NCBI GenBank assembly: GCA_963695095.1
Contig: CAVOFT010000001.1
Location: forward strand, 2,976,001 to 3,040,000
Length of the DNA stretch: 64,000 nt
Reading direction: 5' to 3'
Source: an uncultured bacterium
GTDB lineage: Bacteria; Krumholzibacteriota; Krumholzibacteriia; JACNKJ01
Shown here one piece after another: positions 52,607 to 61,300 of this stretch. Both the position numbers and the translations under genes were made by a program. Every line of letters starts with the position of its first letter. Position 1 is the stretch's first letter. The notes beneath the pieces are model-generated. The model was not told the origin of the DNA and made no database searches. It saw only the letters and a list, made by a program, of their open reading frames with translations.

Positions 52607-53899
52607 CTAGCGCGGAAACTCCGGCGCCGGCTGCGGCATGAGCGTCACCGGAATCAGGGTCAGGTTCCCCGCCTCGGTGCCCGGGCAGTAGCCCTTCCGC
52701 GCCGGACCGGGCTTGCCCTTCTCGCGCAGGATGAAACAGCAATCGTCGCCGCTCGAGGCGCCGTGCTCGCTGCCCGTCGTCGCCGCAGGTCCCAGCCACC
52801 ACAACTCGATGCGCTGGCGCGGATCCAGCTCGTAGGCCTCTTCGGCCAGGCCGGCCGCGCGGGCGTGCACCGTGTCGACGAGGTTGCTGGTCTGCGCCGA
52901 CGGCAGCCCGGCCTGCTCCAGGCTCGCGCGCACCCAGCCGCGCAGCTCGCCGAGGGCTTCGATGCTGGCGGGCAGCTGAAGTCGCTTGCCCTCCTTCTGC
53001 GCGCGGGCCAGCCGGCGCAGGATCTCCCGCTCGGCCGCGCTCGGCCCCGCCGCGTTCGCGCTCGCCGCGCCCGCGGCGCCGGCCGCAGCGGGCGCACTCC
53101 CCGCCGCCGACGCGGGCTCGGCCTGCGGCGCGCGCTGCTCGGCCAGGCGAGCCCCCAGCCCATTGAAGGCCTCCAGCAATTCGATCAGCTCGCGACAGCC
53201 GCCCGCGGGCAGCGCCAGTTCCACGGGCTTGCGGTCCAGCTGATCGAGCCCCGCGCGCAGGCGCGCGAGCGGCGCGAGCAAGCGTCTGAGCGCGAGCCCG
53301 AGGCCGCCGACGATCAGCATCAGCAGGAGCCCCAGCATCAGCAGCCGCTCGACCAGCGCCGTGCGGGCGCGCGCGGCCAGCGCCTGGCGATCGAAGCCCA
53401 CGAGCGCGCGGCCGAGGCGAGCGCCCTCGCGGTCGAGCACCGGCGATTCGGCGAGAAGCAGGCTGGGGCCTTCGCCGAGCGTCTCGCCCGGGCGCAGCAC
53501 CTGGCCCGCCGCCAGGGGCCTGGCGGGCTCCGGCGCCGCGAAGCGCTCGCCCACCCGCCGCGGATCGACATGGCCCTTGATCTCGCCGCGGGCGTTGACC
53601 ACGACCGCGTAGACCAGGCTGGGATCTTCCTTCTGCAGCGTGCCGACGAAGGGCTGCAGGACGAGCGCCGGCGTGGGCCCCGCCAGCGCCGGCCCGCTCG
53701 CCAGCGCGAGATGTCGGGCGCTCATCAGGAGCCGCGCGCGCTGCTCCGTCGCTGCGCTGGAGGCGCTCTGCCAGCCGGCCAGCAGGGCCGCGGCGACGAG
53801 CGCCATCACGACGACCAGGGCGCCGGCCGCGATGATCAGGTGGCGCAGGCCGAGGCGCCGCGGTCGGAACATCGCACGCTTGACTGGCTTCGCGGGCAT
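52607..53899 (-). CDS. Membrane sensor/HAMP protein with degenerate anti-sigma (HATPase) remnant; paralogue of 54299-56386
   Basis: Two TMs, shared LRPGETLGEG..LLLAESPVL sensor segment, HAMP, tail ...GTEAGNLTL. Confidence 0.7.
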   Translation of the reverse strand: MPAKPVKRAMFRPRRLGLRHLIIAAGALVVVMALVAAALLAGWQSASSAATEQRARLLMSARHLALASGPALAGPTPALVLQPFVGTLQKEDPSLVYAVVVNARGEIKGHVDPRRVGERFAAPEPARPLAAGQVLRPGETLGEGPSLLLAESPVLDREGARLGRALVGFDRQALAARARTALVERLLMLGLLLMLIVGGLGLALRRLLAPLARLRAGLDQLDRKPVELALPAGGCRELIELLEAFNGLGARLAEQRAPQAEPASAAGSAPAAAGAAGAASANAAGPSAAEREILRRLARAQKEGKRLQLPASIEALGELRGWVRASLEQAGLPSAQTSNLVDTVHARAAGLAEEAYELDPRQRIELWWLGPAATTGSEHGASSGDDCCFILREKGKPGPARKGYCPGTEAGNLTLIPVTLMPQPAPEFPR

Positions 53900-53961
53900 C
53901 AGCCCACCTCCTTGCGACCCGTCGGCCGGCGGCCGCAGGGGCCGCCGCGGAAGAGCGCGGC

Positions 53962-54309
53962 TTAGCGGGGAACGGCCAGCGCCGCCTCGCAGCTGTCGTA
54001 GATGGCCAGATACGGCTCGAGGTTCAGCAGTTGAATCACCGAGCGCACCGCCGGCGAGATCGGCGCCAGGTAGAGCGCGCCGTCCTTGCCGAATTCCTCC
54101 GTGAGCGCCAGCAGCGCGCCGATGCCGCTGGACGCCACGAAGCTCACCTCGCCCAGGTCCAGGGCGAGATGCTTGTGGCCGGCGCCGCGGGCTTCGAGGC
54201 AGCGCCGCCGCAGCTCCTGCGCGGCGCTGGCGTCCAGGCGGCCGCTCGCCTTGAACAGCGCGACGGGACCGTGGGTGCTCAGCGGCGACAGCGTGAAATC
54301 AGCGAGCAT
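53962..54309 (-). CDS. STAS domain anti-sigma factor antagonist
   Basis: GRLDASAA, LDLGEVSFVASSGIGAL; AAGGAG RBS. Confidence 0.9.
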   Translation of the reverse strand: MLADFTLSPLSTHGPVALFKASGRLDASAAQELRRRCLEARGAGHKHLALDLGEVSFVASSGIGALLALTEEFGKDGALYLAPISPAVRSVIQLLNLEPYLAIYDSCEAALAVPR

Positions 54310-56386
54310 GGATAGGCTCCTTTGCCAGGGGTGATGGGCTGTTGCTGAAGGCGAGCAGGGTCAGGTTGCCTGCCTCGGTGGCCGGGAAATACTCGAAGCC
54401 GCTCGTGACGCCGCGGATGATGTCCAGGCCCAGGCCGCGGCCGCGCCGGCGCATGGCGGGATCGCTGAGATCGCTGGCCACCCGCGCTTCCGGATGGAAG
54501 CCCCGGCCGCGGTCCCGGAGCAGGAAGTAGCCGCCGGCAAGGCCGGCCGGCTGCGGACCCACCGGCGCCACCCACCAGAGATCGAAGCGCTGGACAGGGT
54601 CGAGCCCGCAGGCGTGCTCGGCGACGTTCGCTGCCGCTTCGTAGACCGCGGTGACCACGAGTCCCTGGTCGGCGGGGGGCAGGGCATCCACCCGGGGGCA
54701 GCTCCGCACCCAGTCGTGCAGGGCGGCCAGACCCGCCAGTTCAGCGGACAGGGCGAGATGGCGGCCCTCGCGCTCGGCGCGTGCCAGGCAGGCGAGGACG
54801 CCCTCGGTGTCGGGATGGCTGCCCCCATTGCCGATGGGGCTGCCCTGGTGCGCGAGCACGAGCAGGGTCTCGTCGTCGGAAGGCTGGCCGTCCGCGCTCC
54901 AGGCCACGACCGCCCGGTGCAGGGTCTCGAGCAGGGCCTGGGCGCCGCGGCCGCCGGCCTGCTGCACGCAGCGCTCGATGCCCGTCAGCGCGAACTGCTT
55001 GCCGGCCGGGTTGAAGGCCTCGTTGATGCCGTCCGTGTACTGCAAGAGCAGCTCGCCGGGCGCCAGCTGCAATTCCTCGTCGTGGAGGGAACGCGCCAGC
55101 ATCGCCGTGGACACCGCGCCCAGCGGAATGCCCTGCGTCACTCGCCACTCGATGTTGCCGTCGGCCTTGCGGTGCAGCAGCGGGCTATGCGCCGCCGAGG
55201 CGAAGCGGAGGCGGCCGCTCTCCACGTCCAGCAGCCCGTAGAACATGGTGACGAACTGCCCCGGCTTGAGCGTGGCCGCGAGCTGGACGTCCAGGGCGAG
55301 CAGCAGCTCGCGCGGCGAGCCGTAGCGCGGCGCATGCGAGCGCCAGAGCGCCGACAGCATCGACATGATCATGCAGCCGCCCAGGCCCTTGCCCGAGACG
55401 TCGGCGATGGCCAGGGCCACGCGGCCGTCGGGCAAGGTGAGGAAGTCGTAGTAGTCGCCGCCCACCTCCGCGGCGGCGCGGTGTGCGCCGGCGATCAGGA
55501 AGTTGCCGGCGACCAGCTCGCCCTCGGGCAGCAGCCCCGACTGGATCTCCCGCGCCAGGCCGAGCTCGTGGGCCAGCCGTTCCTTCTCGACCAGCTCCAC
55601 CTGGGCGCCGCGCAGGCGCCCGGCCATCTCGTTCACGGCGGCCGCAAGCAGGCTGAACTCCGTGCGCCCGGTGATGGGCAGGGCCGTCTCCAGATCGCCG
55701 CGGCCGATGCGCTCCAGGCCGCGGCGCAGGCTGCCCACGGGCCTGAGCAGCCGCGACATCAGGAGCAGGATCAGCGCGAGGGAGAGGATCAGGATGCCGC
55801 CCATGACGAGGAGCTGCTCCTGCCGCGCCGCCTGCACGCGCTCGGCAACGTAGCTGCGCCGCATGCCGACCACGGCCTTGCCGATGGGCTCGCCACCGGG
55901 ATGCAGCACGGGCGATTCGGCGAGCAGCAGCGTCGCCCCCTCGCCGAGGGTCTCGCCCGGGCGCAAGGCCACCGCGCCGGCCAGGGCTTCCACGCGCTCC
56001 GGCGACCTGTAGGTTTCGCCCAGGAGCCGTGCATCGGAGTGGCCCTGAATGATGCCCTCGTGGTCGACGACGACGGCCAGGGCCAGCGCCGGCTCTTCGC
56101 GCTGCATCTCGCGAATCAGGGGGTGCAAGGTCAGCTCGGGGTAGTCGCTGAGCAGGGCGCCGGAGCCCACCATGGCCAGGTTGCGCGCCGTGAGCAGCAG
56201 GCGCGAGCGCAGCTCGGCGCTCAGGGTCTCCCGGCTCTGCCGCTCGGCGACGACGCCGACGCCCAGCACGCCCGCCGCGGTGAGCAGGGCCGCCACCGTC
56301 GTCACGATCAAGCGCAGGCCGAGGATGCGCCGCGGCCGCGTGGCCGCCGCGCCCACCTGCTCCGAGAGTGCTGGGCTTGCTTTCAT
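54299..56386 (-). CDS. HAMP-SpoIIE (PP2C) phosphatase fused to RsbW-like kinase domain
   Basis: ELGLAREIQ, VGGDYYD, IADVSGKG, YTDGINEA, DDETLL; then YEAAANVAEH, RDRGRGF, RGRGLGL. Confidence 0.88.
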   Translation of the reverse strand: MKASPALSEQVGAAATRPRRILGLRLIVTTVAALLTAAGVLGVGVVAERQSRETLSAELRSRLLLTARNLAMVGSGALLSDYPELTLHPLIREMQREEPALALAVVVDHEGIIQGHSDARLLGETYRSPERVEALAGAVALRPGETLGEGATLLLAESPVLHPGGEPIGKAVVGMRRSYVAERVQAARQEQLLVMGGILILSLALILLLMSRLLRPVGSLRRGLERIGRGDLETALPITGRTEFSLLAAAVNEMAGRLRGAQVELVEKERLAHELGLAREIQSGLLPEGELVAGNFLIAGAHRAAAEVGGDYYDFLTLPDGRVALAIADVSGKGLGGCMIMSMLSALWRSHAPRYGSPRELLLALDVQLAATLKPGQFVTMFYGLLDVESGRLRFASAAHSPLLHRKADGNIEWRVTQGIPLGAVSTAMLARSLHDEELQLAPGELLLQYTDGINEAFNPAGKQFALTGIERCVQQAGGRGAQALLETLHRAVVAWSADGQPSDDETLLVLAHQGSPIGNGGSHPDTEGVLACLARAEREGRHLALSAELAGLAALHDWVRSCPRVDALPPADQGLVVTAVYEAAANVAEHACGLDPVQRFDLWWVAPVGPQPAGLAGGYFLLRDRGRGFHPEARVASDLSDPAMRRRGRGLGLDIIRGVTSGFEYFPATEAGNLTLLAFSNSPSPLAKEPIHAR

Positions 56387-58399
56387 CGCTTGAAGATCTC
56401 CTCGCTGCGCGCCAGCTGCGCGCGAGCGCGAGCCAGGTAGCCCTGGGCCCGCTCATCCGTGGGGTCGATGGCCAGCGCCTTTTCCCAGAGCGCCGCCGCG
56501 GCTTCCAGACGGCCGGCGGCGAAGGTCTCCATGCCACGCACGAGGTACTCGCGCTTGAGATGCTCGGCCACCTGCTGGTGATGGGGATCCTTGGTCCAGA
56601 CCAGCTCCCAGTAGCGCAGGGCCTCTTCGCCGCGGCCCGCCTCCGCGGCGGTCGACGCCCCGACGATAGAGCTCCGCCAGCTCCGCGCGCTCGCGGGCCG
56701 AGAGCGAGCGGACGGGCGGCGCGGGCGCGGCGGAAGCCACGGCAGGTGCGCGGGCCGCGGCCTCGCGGCGGGCGCCATCGGTACGCCGCAGCTCGGCGAG
56801 GCGGCGCTGAAGGCCGAGGACGCCGGCATCCGCTGGCGCCAGCTCCGCTGCCTCGGCCAGGCGCAGGGCCGCATCGTCGAAGAGGCCGCGCTCCAGGAAG
56901 CTGCGTGCCCGCTCGAGGCGACCGGCGACGCGGGCCGCGATGGCTTCTTCCGCGCGGCGGAGCATGGCGGCGGCCTCGGCGTCCGCGGGCTGCTGGGCCA
57001 GCACCTCGGCAAAGGCCGCGCGCGCCTCCCGGAGCCGGTCGGCGCCGAAGGCGTCCAGTCCGGCCGCGAAGCGCTCGCGCAGCGCGGCGCTGCGCTGGGC
57101 CCGGCGACCGCTCTCCGCCTGGCAGCGGGCCAGCGCGGCGCTGAGCTGCGGCTGCTCGGGCAGGTAGCCCAGGGCACGGTGGTAGGCGAGGGCGGCGCTG
57201 CCGAAATCCTCGGCGCGCTCATGGCCCTCGGCGATGTCGGCGTGACAGCGCGCGGCCAGGGCCAGCGCGCGCGCATTCGTCGGGTCCAGCGCCAGCAGGG
57301 TGGCCAGGTGCCCGAGAGCATCTTCCTGTTGCTGCGCCTCCCGCGCCGCCGCCGCCATCGCCAGGAGCTCGTCGACGCGCGCGGTCTGCTTGGCGGCGAA
57401 GGCCTTGTCCAGACGCGCCTGGAGGGCCTCGTCCTGCGCGCGCGCGGCGGCGAGGCGCTGGCTGGGCAGGTCGGCGCCGAAGCGCAGGCTGAGCCCGAAG
57501 CGGTGCACGCTCTCCAGCGCATTGTCCTCGAAGACGTAGTTGAGACCCCAGTCCCGCCAGCGGATCTCGGCGCCGGCCTGAAGGCGCTCGTAGCCCCAGC
57601 CCGCGCGCAGGGCGAGCAGGCTGTAGCTCAACTCGAGTCCGGCGTGCAGACCGAGCGCACGCTGCTCCACCCGTTCGAGGTCGAGCGCGGCATCGACGCC
57701 GAGGCCCGCCACCGGGCGCCCATAGCCGAGGCCGATGCGCAGGCTGCGCGGATCGCTCACCGCGTCGCTGTCCAGCCGCAGGCGCGGCTGAACGGCGTTG
57801 CCCAGCCGCAGGCCCAGCCGCAGCGGGCTCAGCGCCGGGCGCTCCCAGCCCAGCGCCAGCGCGGGCTTGAGCTGGAGGCCGAGATCCAGCCCGATCGCGC
57901 CGCCGCTCATGCCGGCCAGCTCCTGACGCCGCAGCTTGACGGCGGCGCCCAGGCTCCAGCCTCTGCCGAAGGGACGCGCATAGGCCAGGCTGAGCTGCTG
58001 CTCCAGATCCTCGAGATCGGTGGCCGTGATCAGGTTGCTCTCGTCCCGGCCCTCGATGCTGGCCACGCTGTAGCTCTGGAAGCCGAGCGCGAGCACGCCC
58101 CAGCGCCAGTTCGGCCAGGCCAGGGCGGCGTACTGCTCCTGCATGGCAAGACCGTAGAGGCTGGCGTGACCCAGCTGCAGCGAACGCCGCTCCAGCAGGC
58201 CGAGGGCGCCCGGGTTCCAGAAGACCAGCTCGGCGCCCTCGGCCGCGGCCGTCGCCGCCCCGCCCATGCCGAGTGCGCGAGCGCCGGCGCCGTAGGCAAA
58301 GATGGACTGCCCGCCGGCGTCCGCGCTTTCCCCGCGCGCCGCGCCCGGTCCGAGCAGGACCAGCAGCAGGAGTAGCCCCATGCGCAGGCGTCTGCTCAT
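56383..58399 (-). CDS. PorV/PorQ-family beta-barrel fused to C-terminal TPR region; frameshift near 56650
   Basis: Signal peptide; GAGARALGMGGA...FWNPGALG; amphipathic strands to HRFGLSLRF; TPR-like helices (LLALDPTNARA, WEKALAIDPTDERA). Confidence 0.78.
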
Positions 58400-61300
58400 C
58401 GCAGCACCGCCACCTTGCGCAGGAGGCGTTCCCTGTCGCCATCGGCGTAGGTCACCTGGAGCTCGGCCAGGTAGACGCCGTTCTGCACCGCGGTGCCGCG
58501 GCCGTTCTTCCCGTCCCAGCGATCGTCCTGCTGCAGGCCCGCCGGCTTGAGCGCCCCGTCGAGGAGCGTGCAGACCAGCTCGCCGCGCCCGGTCCAGAAC
58601 TTGAGGCTCACGCGCGCCGGCCGCTCGAGGTAGTAGGCGATGGTGGTCTCGTCGCGGCCCGCCGCGAAGGGATTGGGGAAGTTGCTGTAGCTCTCGGCCA
58701 GGGAGCGCGGACTGAAGTTGCCCACCGCCGTCCTGAGCGGGAACTCCTGCCCCGCCGCCGGGCGCAGGGCCACGGCGAGCAGCGGGTTCTCCGGCTGCAG
58801 GAGGGCGACATCGGTTGCCGCGAGGGTGAGGCGCAGGCTTTCGCCGGAGAAGTCCTCGCTGAGGACGGCACGTAGCTCGAGAGCCAGCGGCGGTCCGGGC
58901 TCGATGGCCACCGGCGCGCTCGGGCCGATCCAGGCGCTCAGCGAATCGGGAGTCAGCGGGGCGCTCTCGGCCCAGAGCTGCTCGCCACGGTAGAGGCGCA
59001 GTCGGCTCACCGCGCTACCCAGTGCCAGCGCCGCGCCGGCGCGGTCCTCTGCCGCGAGCGCGAATCCGGCCAGTGCTACGGCCCCCGCGCCGGGGGCGGC
59101 GGGATTCGCGAAGCTGAGCAGCGCGCAGGGCACTTCCTGCCCATCGGCGGCGAGCAGGGTGGGCAGGCGGCTGGCCAGCCCGAGCAAGAGGTCCCGCGGC
59201 GCCTCCTCCAGCCAGATGAGACCCGACAGCAGCGGCAGGGCCTCGCCCGGCTCGGCGGCAAGGAGAGCGGGCTGGCCGGTGTTGACATCGAAGGACCACC
59301 AGCCCGGCCCATCCAGCGCCAGCTCGAGGAAGCCGGCGGGCGCCGAGGCCTCCAGATCGAGGCGAATCGTCAGCTCGGCCGTCTCGCCCGGGGCCAGGAT
59401 GCGGTCCCCCAGCGGCAGGTAGACGCTGCCGCCGGCGCTGGGCAGGCTGCTGAGTTCGGCCAGCGGCGCGCCGTTCCAGTCGGCGCGCAGGCGCTCGGCA
59501 TGGAGGCCGGGGACCAGCGAATCGCGCAGGGCGTCCAGGAATCGCAGGCTGCAGCCTGCGGCGCGCAGGCCGCCGTCCCCGCTGCCGCCCGGATGGCGCA
59601 AGCGCACGCGAAGCACCGCCAGATCGCGAGCGCCGACGCCGGCGCTATCGGGCGCCACCGGCAGGGCGTGGGCGATGAGCCGGTCCGCCGTGGACTCGAC
59701 CCGCAGCGGATGGCCGAGCAGAAAGGGCTCGGCATAGGCCGCCGGCACGGGCGCGCCGGAGATCGCGTCGTGCACCTGCAGGCTGCTCGGCGGCTCCAGG
59801 CGCAGGCGGAACAGGCCCAGTGGCGCTCCCTGCGCGAGGTCGCCGATGAGCAGAAGCCGGCGCGGGGCGCCGGCGGCGATGGCGACGAGCGGCGAGCAGG
59901 TCAGAACGAGCGGCCCCGTCTGCCCGGGCGCCAGGATGCGCTCGCCGTGGAGGCCGCCGCTCTCGTCCACCAGGCGCAGGCGCGACAGGCGCCCGCCCAG
60001 GGCGATCGGCGCCGTGCCCGCGCTGTCCACGCCTGCCACCGCGAAGGCAAGCAGGCGCAGATCCGCCGTGATGCCCATGACGCCGGGGTTCTCGAAGCTG
60101 AGCGTCTCGAGCAGGACCGCCGGCTGACCCTGGCCGACCGGGCGCAGGGTGTCCGGGGCCGAGCTGACGAGCAGGCTCTCGGCCGGGGCGCTCACGCGGG
60201 CCGGGCCCGCCGTGATCGGGTAGCTGCCGGCATCCAGGGCCACCGTGACCGGCGCGCCGCTGGTGGCGTCGACGGCGCCGAAGGCCTGGGCATTTTCGAT
60301 GAGGAGACTGAACTCGGGCACCAGGGTGGCGGCCGCGATATCCACCGCGAGATCCAGCGTGACGGGCTCGCCCGCCCGGACGCGCACGGGCTGCGTGAGC
60401 TCGAGATCGAGCAGGTCGCCGCTGGTCTCCATGGCCCCGGCGTTGCGGGCGAGATAGACCTGCGCGCCCTCCTTCACCCGCAGGCCGGCCAGCAGGGCCG
60501 CCGGGGCGATGCCCGCGCCGTCGGGCGCGCGCAGACGCAGGCGCAGGCTCTCCAGACTCACGTCCGAGGCCTGGCCGCCGCCCTGGTGGCTGAAGGTGAG
60601 GTGCAGGGGCAGCACGTCCGTCTGGCCGCGATTGACGACGAAAGGCAGCGAGGCCGTGGCGTGCAGCGCGAGGCTGTCCGCCTCGACCCAGATCTGATGG
60701 GCGCTCGAGACGCTCTCCAGTGACAGGTGCGTGAGGCCGCTCTGCTCGCCCAGACCCGAAGCGCTGCCGCGCAGGGCGACCTGGCCGGCGGCGAGCGCAG
60801 TGTAGGTCCAGCTGACGAGGCCGCTCTCACCGGGATCCAGCGCGAGCGTGGCCGGCGTGGGGCCGCTGAGCCACCCCACTTCGCCCGCGCCCTGGGACAC
60901 GAGCGGCGAAGGCGCTATGCCCGACATCGACTCGGCGCTCAGATTGCGCAGGGTCATGGCGACGTTCAGCGTCTGACCGACGATGCTGCCCGCGGGCGTG
61001 ATGCCGAGACTGCTGAGCAGGGTGGCCGTGCTGAGCAGCTGCGACTCGGGGTTGACCAGGGGCAGATCGCGCGGGCCGTCGTTCGCCGAGGCCATGACGA
61101 TGCCGTCCACCGGCACGCCGAGGCGCAGGGTTGCCGAGTCGGCGAGCGCGGGCGACACCGTGAAGCCGACGAACAGACGCAGGCCCGCCTCCGGCACCGG
61201 AATCGCCGAGAAAGCGCTCTGCCAGGAGCTGCCCAGCCAGGCCAGGACGCCCAGGTCGGCATCGTCGCCGCCGCCCGCGCCCCAGAGACCATCGCCGCCG

